Below, one piece after another: positions 1 through 9,686 of a DNA stretch of 64,000 bases. The translations under genes were made by a program, and so were the position numbers. Source of the stretch: Balanoglossus misakiensis (Eukaryota > Animalia > Hemichordata); NCBI GenBank assembly GCA_040954595.2, contig CM082577.2, forward strand, positions 13,151,903 through 13,215,902, in the 5' to 3' direction. The notes beneath the pieces were generated by a model. That model saw nothing but the letters and a program-made list of their open reading frames with translations, was not told the origin of the DNA and searched no databases. Every line of letters begins with the position of its first letter. The first letter of the stretch is position 1.

Positions 1-3000
1 ATGTTTTGGCTGTATTTGCGTGTCAGCTGACAGGTCTTCGCATTCATCAGAAGCTATCGTGCGTCGCTGAGATTTGATTCTTCATAGACGAAAATTATTT
101 CATAACCATACCAAATAAAACATTTCCAGAAATTTAGAAGTTTGCAGACTTTTCTGCTAGTAGTCTATTTAGTGTTGAAGTCACGCTGAACTGCCAAATT
201 TAACACAGACTCGCTGTCAATACTCAAACAGTGTACTTCTACGAGTGTGTCCTGTAACTGCCTTCCTTCAATTACCCATGTCATACAACAACAAATAGAC
301 GGTAAACGTTTATGCAATACCAATGAATTTATGTTTTAAAACTGGTCGACAGTCTGGAAATGCATGAACAATCGATTGATTGGATTCCTTAACTTTACTA
401 TTGTATCTTGTATTTTTTTGTAGTTACACTGTGGAAATCGGCAGGCTGCATTGTCAGTTTTTCTGCACATGCGCAGTTCCTCTGTCTTGAAAGAAAAGTC
501 AAATTTCACCAACTTATTATTGTGCATTCGGAAAATAAACCCCAAATGTTTTCTTTGTGAACAAAAATACTGCCAGTGTGATCTTGTGTTCAAATCCAAC
601 CCATTATTTATGTAAATTGACTTGTGATACCCTCTCTTAGCACAAAAAGCATAATTTCAGCCCCAAAATGGTTGCCATAGAAACATGTGATCACTAAACG
701 GATATCATTTTTGTTCTTATTGAGCCAAGATACCCCTATGGTGAAATTTTTGTGGAAATCGGACCTATTATTATTAAAATTATTATTTTTATATAATTTT
801 TTATTATTTAATTATTATTATTATTACCAGTTAAGGGGTTTAAAGAATTATATAAACAATCTATCAATTTAATAAGCACGGGTGGATTTCCTGTACAATC
901 ATTCGTGATACTTCAGATTCATAAAGACAACATTTTTCAAAGTGGCCTATGTATCTAAAATTGCAGACGACGTTTCAACGCTTACGGTTGGAGATTTTCT
1001 ACCTAATATTCACAAAAAGACCTCGGGTATTGTTAAACACTATTTAAAACCTTGTTACCCGGTGAGTCTGGTGGCGTGTGTACGACAGATCTGAGGTACA
1101 AAACTTCGCTCGAAACCCAACACGAGTTGGAGACCGAGTTTATTTACGTACAACATTGTAGCAATTTTTCGTATGTTTGCGCGCGCTCTGGAATCACGCG
1201 ATGTCAACTAAGTGTGAACGAGCTGTTTCGCGTCGTGTCGTCTGCCCAGTTTTCGTGGCTAAAACGACAGGAATAATACCCCAGTTGGCTTTAGAATTGC
1301 ACATATCATGAGATTTGAGCGCCATAGAGACCGCAGATATCGTGGAACAGGAAGGTTAGTGTTAAAATTATTGTTTTTAATCAAAGTATTGACCTCTGAG
1401 TTATGCTACGTTTGTGTCGGTGTCAAACGGACGCAATGTTTACAATACAAGGCAGCCAAATAGAATCAGAGAAATGAAGAAATATTATCACGATATTTTG
1501 GATTTCGTGTTATTATTTCTCGGGAATTTTATTGTTTTCTCAGACAAGGTGACAGGACAGACACACGAGGCATCTCGCGGTTCCGTTTTGAATGTTGAAT
1601 TTTATGTTTTGGCTGTATTTGCGTGTCAGCTGACAGGTCTTCGCATTCATCAGAAGCTATCGTGCGTCGCTGAGATTTGATTCTTCATAGACGAAAATTA
1701 TTTCATAACCATACCAAATAAAACATTTCCAGAAATTTAGAAGTTTGCAGACTTTTCTGCTAGTAGTCTATTTAGTGTTGAAGTCACGCTGAACTGCCAA
1801 ATTTAACACAGACTCGCTGTCAATACTCAAACAGTGTACTTCTACGAGTGTGTCCTGTAACTGCCTTCCTTCAATTACCCATGTCATACAACAACAAATA
1901 GACGGTAAACGTTTATGCAATACCAATGAATTTATGTTTTAAAACTGGTCGACAGTCTGGAAATGCATGAACAATCGATTGATTGGATTCCTTAACTTTA
2001 CTATTGTATCTTGTATTTTTTTGTAGTTACACTGTGGAAATCGGCAGGCTGCATTGCCAGTTTTTCTGCACATGCGCAGTTCCTCTGTCTTGAAAGAAAA
2101 GTCAAATTTCACCAACTTATTATTGTGCATTCGGAAAATAAACCCCAAATGTTTTCTTTGTGAACAAAAATACTGCCAGTGTGATCTTGTGTTCAAATCC
2201 AACCCATTATTTATGTAAATTGACTTGTGATACCCTCTCTTAGCACAAAAAGCATAATTTCAGCCCCAAAATGGTTGCCATAGAAACATGTGATCACTAA
2301 ACGGATATCATTTTTGTTCTTATTGAGCCAAGATACCCCTATGGTGAAATTTTTGTGGAAATCGGACCTATTATTATTAAAATTATTATTTTTATATAAT
2401 TTTTTATTATTTAATTATTATTATTATTACCAGTTAAGGGGTTTAAAGAATTATATAAACAATCTATCAATTTAATAAGCACGGGTGGATTTCCTGTACA
2501 ATCATTCGTGATACTTCAGATTCATAAAGACAACATTTTTCAAAGTGGCCTATGTATCTAAAATTGCAGACGACGTTTCAACGCTTACGGTTGGAGATTT
2601 TCTACCTAATATTCACAAAAAGACCTCGGGTATTGTTAAACACTATTTAAAACCTTGTTACCCGGTGAGTCTGGTGGCGTGTGTACGACAGATCTGAGGT
2701 ACAAAACTTCGCTCGAAACCCAACACGAGTTGGAGACCGAGTTTATTTACGTACAACATTGTAGCAATTTTTCGTATGTTTGCGCGCGCTCTGGAATCAC
2801 GCGATGTCAACTAAGTGTGAACGAGCTGTTTCGCGTCGTGTCGTCTGCCCAGTTTTCGTGGCTAAAACGACAGGAATAATACCCCAGTTGGCTTTAGAAT
2901 TGCACATATCATGAGATTTGAGCGCCATAGAGACCGCAGATATCGTGGAACAGGAAGGTTAGTGTTAAAATTATTGTTTTTAATCAAAGTATTGACCTCT

Positions 3001-4056
3001 GAGTTATGCTACGTTTGTGTCGGTGTCAAACGGACGCAATGTTTACAATACAAGGCAGCCAAATAGAATCAGAGAAATGAAGAAATATTATCACGATATT
3101 TTGGATTTCGTGTTATTATTTCTCGGGAATTTTATTGTTTTCTCAGACAAGGTGACAGGACAGACACACGAGGCATCTCGCGGTTCCGTTTTGAATGTTG
3201 AATTTTATGTTTTGGCTGTATTTGCGTGTCAGCTGACAGGTCTTCGCATTCATCAGAAGCTATCGTGCGTCGCTGAGATTTGATTCTTCATAGACGAAAA
3301 TTATTTCATAACCATACCAAATAAAACATTTCCAGAAATTTAGAAGTTTGCAGACTTTTCTGCTAGTAGTCTATTTAGTGTTGAAGTCACGCTGAACTGC
3401 CAAATTTAACACAGACTCGCTGTCAATACTCAAACAGTGTACTTCTACGAGTGTGTCCTGTAACTGCCTTCCTTCAATTACCCATGTCATACAACAACAA
3501 ATAGACGGTAAACGTTTATGCAATACCAATGAATTTATGTTTTAAAACTGGTCGACAGTCTGGAAATGCATGAACAATCGATTGATTGGATTCCTTAACT
3601 TTACTATTGTATCTTGTATTTTTTTGTAGTTACACTGTGGAAATCGGCAGGCTGCATTGCCAGTTTTTCTGCACATGCGCAGTTCCTCTGTCTTGAAAGA
3701 AAAGTCAAATTTCACCAACTTATTATTGTGCATTCGGAAAATAAACCCCAAATGTTTTCTTTGTGAACAAAAATACTGCCAGTGTGATCTTGTGTTCAAA
3801 TCCAACCCATTATTATGTAAATTGACTTGTGATACCCTCTCTTAGCACAAAAAGCATAATTTCAGCCCCAAAATGGTTGCCATAGAAACATGTGATCACT
3901 AAACGGATATCATTTTTGTTCTTATTGAGCCAAGATACCCCTATGGTGAAATTTTTGTGGAAATCGGACCTATTATTATTAAAATTATTATTTTTATATA
4001 ATTCTTTATTTAATTATTTAATTATTTAATTATTATTATTACCAGTTAAGGGGTTT

Positions 4057-4378
4057 GTAAATGTACTACGCCAGACAAAGGAAGTAGGAAGAAGGAAGAT
4101 TTAATGCAAATAAAACAAGGCGAAAAGCCCCAACAAAAAGAGACAAATGTCTACCAAAGCAAGCGCAAGAACAAAAGGCAATAAATAAAAAACAAACCTA
4201 TCTATCTAATACAGTAAGTTGCAAACTAACTACCTAAAAACTGGTTGGGCAGGGGCCCCTTCGGTTCCGCTCCCGTGGCATGGGCGAACGAGAAAACCAT
4301 GCTGCAGAAACCGTGGTAGGCCAGGCACTAGGTGGTGACCTATGGCACGAAATGGGGGGCAGGATGTAATCCATAGCC
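4057..4378 (-). repeat. Ngaro split direct repeat B2 (322 bp)
   Basis: No differences from 4681-5002 noticed by eye (offset 624). Confidence 0.95.
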
Positions 4379-4432
4379 ACACCAGAGAGCCGGACCAAAG
4401 GGACAAAGGTGGTGAAAGGGGATGGTGGCGGG

Positions 4433-4680
4433 ATGCAGAGAGAGAATAGCTGGGTTGTCGCACTGACGCGGACAAAGACGCTAACTGAGGAGATTGAGAG
4501 AGCAATTAGAGGATAAGACAAAGGAAATGCAAATGAGTAGAGGGGGGACGCCAGGTGACGCGTGCAAAAGAAGGGGGAAGGAAAGACAAAGGAAGAAGAG
4601 ATAGGGAAGGCAGGGTAGCCAAAAGGGGAAGGCTTCATACATTTACAAACCCAATCTGTGATATCACAGATTGTTATTTT
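4433..4680 (-). repeat. Ngaro split direct repeat A2 (248 bp)
   Basis: Matches 9439-9686 (offset 5006); one mismatch seen (G4577/T9583). Confidence 0.95.
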
Positions 4681-5002
4681 GTAAATGTACTACGCCAGAC
4701 AAAGGAAGTAGGAAGAAGGAAGATTTAATGCAAATAAAACAAGGCGAAAAGCCCCAACAAAAAGAGACAAATGTCTACCAAAGCAAGCGCAAGAACAAAA
4801 GGCAATAAATAAAAAACAAACCTATCTATCTAATACAGTAAGTTGCAAACTAACTACCTAAAAACTGGTTGGGCAGGGGCCCCTTCGGTTCCGCTCCCGT
4901 GGCATGGGCGAACGAGAAAACCATGCTGCAGAAACCGTGGTAGGCCAGGCACTAGGTGGTGACCTATGGCACGAAATGGGGGGCAGGATGTAATCCATAG
5001 CC
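4681..5002 (-). repeat. Ngaro split direct repeat B1 (322 bp)
   Basis: Matches 4057-4378 and abuts A2, recreating the circle junction. Confidence 0.95.
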
Positions 5003-5370
5003 CAAACTGAGGTTGTGGGAAGCATGACCGAAGTGACCCCCATGAGATGTTAGTAGGTTGGTAGGGAACCATTGGAGGCGTAGTGCGGCCAAATGGGTTG
5101 GGTCCTGGGGGACAGACGTGGTCTGGTCGGCCCAGGTGGATGCAGGTATGGGGGAATCCATTGGAGGCACCGGAAGTAGTGCGGTCCAATGGTGGGGGTC
5201 CTGGGGGACGGACGGTGTCGAGTCGGCCCAGGTGGAAGGCAAAATGAGCTGTGAGTTGTGGCTCACAGTTGGAACTCCAATGGAAGCCAGGGATTGGTGC
5301 AGAGGGTACCCGAGGGAGTACCGGCCTGCGTGGCTCACACTGGGGTTAGTAAGGGGGAGACGGAAGTAGA

Positions 5371-6357
5371 CTACTGAAAGGCCAAAGCTCTAAAGGCAGA
5401 ACGCAAGAGTCCTTCGGGCGTTCTAATATATCTACGGTAACAGTCACTAGACCACCTGCCGAGAGTCTGAATAAGGTGGTCTGGGAGATGGGCACTGGCT
5501 GCTGAAGTGGCTGCACCGATGCGGAAAGAGTGGCCAGCGAAGTGTTGAGGATGCAGGCCCAAGCGCGACAACAGCAAGCGGAGACTAGATGTGAAGGTTG
5601 AACGGTCGAGTGCCACTCTTTCAGGTAACAGGAAAAACGGCTCCGTTGGGGTTGTAAGCATCTGTTGGCGAACTTCATAAAATCCTGCGAGCGTCGCCAC
5701 TGGGTACACAGATGTATATGTTGGAAATAACCGAAGGTGGAATCCTTTCCGGTACTGATCGGTTTTCGATGACTTAATGTGAATGACCACGCATTCTGGA
5801 GAGCCTTGTCCTTGGGTGATCTTGATGTCGTTAACGGTCAGGTGGAGTTTTGGATTGAAAACCCGAGTGCTGCATGTAAATTCACTGCAACGGAGGAAAC
5901 CATAGAAGGCAAGCAGGAAGGCAGATTCCAGCAGTAAATCGACGTATGGACCAAAGATCCCCTGACGTAGTAGCACACATAAGCGTTGTAGAATGTCTAG
6001 CGTGATCGGGAGTCGCGGACGTGATGCTTGACCTTGGAGTCGCAGTATTCCCCTGAGGACCAGATGAAGGCGAGGGTGAAATTGTCCTTGCTGTGACACC
6101 AAAGGGTTGTTGAGACCGGCACGCACGTAATGATTCCGGATTGCAGCCAAGTAGGTGCGAAGAGTGGTGTATTTAAGGTGACAGTTCGTAGCACAGTGAA
6201 CCACAAAGTAGATGAGAAAGTCCTCTGACGCTGGTGGGTATTTTGGTGACTGACCTCTGATGTTGAACAAAGCCGTGAAACGAAGCCACGCACGAACCCC
6301 TGTGCTGTAAGTCGAAACTGTTCTTGGGCTGAGTGATGCCGACTGGAAGGTTGCCAA
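5371..6357 (-). CDS. Tyrosine recombinase of the Ngaro retrotransposon (no AUG; frame open upstream to 6462)
   Basis: Catalytic motifs FLRCSEF (R), SKTDQ (K), HSFRIGAAT (HxxR), LGRWSSDCYRRY (W/Y); N-terminal SAM-like region STYSTG...TLRTYLAAIR. Confidence 0.95.
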   Translation of the reverse strand: MATFQSASLSPRTVSTYSTGVRAWLRFTALFNIRGQSPKYPPASEDFLIYFVVHCATNCHLKYTTLRTYLAAIRNHYVRAGLNNPLVSQQGQFHPRLHLVLRGILRLQGQASRPRLPITLDILQRLCVLLRQGIFGPYVDLLLESAFLLAFYGFLRCSEFTCSTRVFNPKLHLTVNDIKITQGQGSPECVVIHIKSSKTDQYRKGFHLRLFPTYTSVYPVATLAGFYEVRQQMLTTPTEPFFLLPERVALDRSTFTSSLRLLLSRLGLHPQHFAGHSFRIGAATSAASAHLPDHLIQTLGRWSSDCYRRYIRTPEGLLRSAFRALAFQ

Positions 6358-6365
6358 AGCTTCGT

Positions 6366-7973
6366 TCAGTCGAACATTATGTTGGAGGGTATTTGGCAGG
6401 GTGTGGCAGACGCGTGTGGGGCTTCCTGACGAAACCGTTGGTTCTGAAAGCGAGATAAAGAGTCAGCAATTACATTCAGCTTACCAGGGATATGCTCTGC
6501 CTGGAACATGAAGTTATTGGTTGCTGCTGTGATAACGAGTCTCCGCATGAGTTTCATTATGGCGACCGACTTTGAACGGCCTTTGTTGATAATGTGGACC
6601 GTGGCCATGTTGTCGCAATGGAACACGATGCGCTTACGGCGCCAGTTATAACCCCACAATAGACAGGCCACGACTATGGGATATAGTTCGCAAAAGGCAA
6701 TTGACAACGTTGGGTCGTCATGGGGGTCCAAGCCGTGTTGCCAACGTTCCTGAAACCATTGCCCGTGGAAGTAACCGCCGTGGCCAATACCGCTCGCGTC
6801 GGTGAAGAGCTGCATGCTGTCTGCTGGGGTGATAGTCGTTTCCAGGAATAAGGAAATCCCGTTCCACTCAGAGAGGAGGTAGTGCCACATTCGTAAATCG
6901 CGTTTGCTTTCTGCCGAAATGGTGATGAAGTGGTTCAGATGTTTAGCGGACTTAGACAGTTCTATTAGCCGTGAAATGAAGGTACGACCGGGAGTGACAA
7001 CTCTGCATGCAAAGTTCAGGTGACCTAATAGACTTAGTAGCTGTCGTTTCGTGCACGATTTCCGCTTGAGGAAAGAGTCTAGTAAGTTGCGCATGCGGTT
7101 GAGTTTGTCAAGAGGCAATCTTGCTTGCATCTTGATGGTGTCTAACACTATTCCCAGGTATTCGAGCGAGGTGGCTGGGCCGACGGTTTTGTGCGGAGCA
7201 ATAGGGATTCTTAAGCGCTGAAAGATCAGGGTGAGGATGGCCATCGTGCGGTCCGCGTCGAAAGATGGAGCATCGACTGTCAGGAAATCATCCAGCAAAT
7301 GGAAAATTGTGTCGATGCCATAATTGTGGTGCGCGATCCAGCAGACGGCAGACGACAGACAATCGAAGATCTTTGGGCTCGAGCGTGACCCAAAGGGCAG
7401 GCGGACGAAGAAATAGCAACTGCCATCCCATTTAATCCCGTAGAGGTGCCAAAGAGACTCGTGAATAGGTATGAGCTTGAAGGCATCGACAATATCTGTT
7501 TTACACAGCCAGGCTCCAGCCCCAACCCTTTGAATTGCGGCTATGGCATCGTCAACTTTCACGTAGGTTAACGAGAACTCGTCTTTATCAATGAGGTCGT
7601 TAATGCTGGGGGTATCAGCTAAGTCACGAGGCGAAGACAAGTCCACGATTAAGCGTTTTTTCGAAGAGTATTTCTTTTCGACAATGCCGATAGGGCTGCA
7701 GCGATACGATAGGAACGGTGGTTCGTCGAAGGGGCCGATCAAAAACCCCTTCTTCACCTCAGTGTTGATCAAGTCCGTAACTGCATCGGGTTCGTTGCGG
7801 GCTGATAGTAGATTCGGGCAAACAAACGTAGAGGACGGAGGATCCCTCACCCCGGTGTCGAAGCCGTGGCGTAGGCCGCTAAGCAGATATTCAACAAATG
7901 CACGTTCAGGATGGTTTCTAAGTTCGAACTCCAAATTATCGATGTGAACCGGTGTGGAAACAGCAGAGTGTAG
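6366..7973 (-). CDS. Reverse transcriptase / RNase H (DIRS/Ngaro type)
   Basis: RLIVDLS, KTDIVDAF, LPFGSRSSP, HLLDDFL, YLGI; RNase H motifs FTDASG, CELYPI, HCDNMA, IADSLSR. Frame is open from 7973, directly after the gag TGA. Confidence 0.96.
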   Translation of the reverse strand, partial: LHSAVSTPVHIDNLEFELRNHPERAFVEYLLSGLRHGFDTGVRDPPSSTFVCPNLLSARNEPDAVTDLINTEVKKGFLIGPFDEPPFLSYRCSPIGIVEKKYSSKKRLIVDLSSPRDLADTPSINDLIDKDEFSLTYVKVDDAIAAIQRVGAGAWLCKTDIVDAFKLIPIHESLWHLYGIKWDGSCYFFVRLPFGSRSSPKIFDCLSSAVCWIAHHNYGIDTIFHLLDDFLTVDAPSFDADRTMAILTLIFQRLRIPIAPHKTVGPATSLEYLGIVLDTIKMQARLPLDKLNRMRNLLDSFLKRKSCTKRQLLSLLGHLNFACRVVTPGRTFISRLIELSKSAKHLNHFITISAESKRDLRMWHYLLSEWNGISLFLETTITPADSMQLFTDASGIGHGGYFHGQWFQERWQHGLDPHDDPTLSIAFCELYPIVVACLLWGYNWRRKRIVFHCDNMATVHIINKGRSKSVAIMKLMRRLVITAATNNFMFQAEHIPGKLNVIADSLSRFQNQRFRQEAPHASATPCQIPSNIMFD

Positions 7974-9384
7974 TCAGTTCCTTGACGGGCGTTGGGAGGT
8001 AACCATGGTCGCGATACACTTTCCCGTTACTGAATTGTGGTCGCTGGAGAAGCAAGCTGTACAAACGTGCGCGTAGGGACAATTGATCCTCTTGCAGTTA
8101 TTAGCTGAATTGAAATTATTGCAAATTTCTTTGCCTTGGAAAAACAGCCGTTTGCGGCCATTTCTGTCAATCGTGGACGTAGACTGCGAAGTTATACCGG
8201 AACCGGCTGCGATGCCTGGATGGGCTTTCTTGGCTGGAAAGGCTAACTGTGGGCATACCTCCGTTGTGTGGGCCACCGATTGACACACATTACACGTGTT
8301 GGCACGCATCCCGGCGAAGATTGAACAATACAACGTTGTATCGCGACGGGACCAGTCCACTTTGATGTTGTGGTTCAGAAGGAGAGCTGCGGCCCTAGCC
8401 GAAAATGCCCGATGGTACTCATAGTATACTAGGCCGCTGAAACGCGTGGACATATCCACGATGTCCCTTTCGTAGGCATCGAGTTCTACACGCCGATTAT
8501 TGTAGACGGAGCACATGACATTTTTGTAAACAGCGAATAAATTCCTGGATGGACAGGGCTCGGGACAACCTGGAATCTTGGGGAGTTTTCAACGTGAACG
8601 CTTCGTCGCCCAAGATTACGTGGCGCTGCCCTTCCGATTTTTTATAACCGGGTATCAATAGGCATGCAAGGTTGACATCCTTACCTGCCAAGATGTCCCG
8701 CCGGATTGAAGGAGAGACCAGTTCAATCTGTGGCAGTTGCTCGGACGATGTACCGCGCGTTGAAAGAAGCTGGTTGAACCCCCCGTCCATAATGGAATCG
8801 CCCGTATCCGGCGTGGGTTGGTCGTGACCCTGAACTTCTGCGTTCGCTGCTCGGGCCCCGACGGCGTGGGTAGCGACGTGTTGATTTTGAGCGACCGTCT
8901 GATTCTGTTGGTTTGGTCCTGGTAGCAGGAGGTGCTGCTGAACGATTCTTGTGAGGTTTACAACTGCTGTTTGAAGTTCGGCAAACGACTCCGCCGACAC
9001 TGACCCCGGCCCCGTGTTTGAGGTTGGTGCGGCAACAAAAGGTTGGTCGGGTAGGGTCACTGCAGCTGTGCGTCCTCGGCTGGCGCTCCTCTGCTGGACC
9101 GCCAGAACGTCCGGATCCGTTACCAATCTTGACGACCCCGCTTGACCCATTTCGTCAGGGACCTCATAAGGCTGACGCACCAGCTGGTCCCCACCGGTCG
9201 CTAAAATTGGGCTGGTGTGATGGCCGGGACTCACCGCGTCCTGCGTCGCAAAACTTCCTGGATCAGTGCGGGAACGGGTCACCGGCCGCTCGTAAGGGGC
9301 CACTCTGGTTCCTCGACCTCGACCCCTGGGGGCCTGGACGGTAGCTCGGCCTCCAATCGATGGTCTTTTACGGCGGGCTGGCAT
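7974..9384 (-). CDS. Gag-like protein of the Ngaro element, split by a frameshift near 8535-8540 (ORFs 8497-9384 and 7974-8516)
   Basis: ATG at 9384; IRRDILAGKDVNLACLL; LSIQEFI continues in another frame as FAVYKNVMCSVY; YYEYHRAFS...VDWS; C-terminal CxxCxxxxHxxxxC and CCCH-like fingers. Confidence 0.85.
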
Positions 9385-9438
9385 AATGCGTTGCGTTGAA
9401 GGGTTGAATAAAGTTGAGGTGAACGAGAAAAAGAAAAA

Positions 9439-9686
9439 ATGCAGAGAGAGAATAGCTGGGTTGTCGCACTGACGCGGACAAAGACGCTAACTGAGGAGAT
9501 TGAGAGAGCAATTAGAGGATAAGACAAAGGAAATGCAAATGAGTAGAGGGGGGACGCCAGGTGACGCGTGCAAAAGAAGGGGTAAGGAAAGACAAAGGAA
9601 GAAGAGATAGGGAAGGCAGGGTAGCCAAAAGGGGAAGGCTTCATACATTTACAAACCCAATCTGTGATATCACAGATTGTTATTTT
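9439..9686 (-). repeat. Ngaro split direct repeat A1 (5' terminal, 248 bp)
   Basis: Matches 4433-4680; contains the perfect 22-bp palindrome CAATCTGTGATATCACAGATTG. Confidence 0.95.

Larger units (their letters stand above)
4057..9686 (-). mobile_element. Ngaro-type tyrosine-recombinase retrotransposon, full length, split direct repeats A1-ORFs-B1-A2-B2
   Basis: gag, RT/RNase H and YR ORFs, no methyltransferase seen. A repeats 9439-9686/4433-4680; B repeats 4681-5002/4057-4378. Empty target GGGGTTT|AAAG is visible in sibling array units (835-845, 2438-2448). Confidence 0.95.

Noticed and set aside
962-1000. Hammerhead-like GAAACGTC with a small CAAC/GTTG stem on the minus strand (Penelope-type repeat hypothesis)
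   Set aside because: The required CUGANGA core is absent upstream.
336-3845. Repeated 61-88 aa ORFs in the 1.6-kb array
   Set aside because: Mostly non-ATG starts and no recognisable domains; recurrence only reflects DNA repetition.
4230-5369. ORFs overlapping the A/B repeats and 3' region as an extra Ngaro hydrolase ORF
   Set aside because: Low-complexity, mostly non-ATG, and no SGNH/GDSL motif visible.
8515-8545. Programmed -1 frameshift in gag
   Set aside because: No X XXY YYZ heptamer at the break, and residues appear to be missing, which favours a deletion.
4057-9686. Classification as DIRS1-, PAT- or LTR-type retrotransposon
   Set aside because: No inverted terminal repeats/ICR, no methyltransferase seen and no DDE integrase; split direct repeats fit Ngaro.
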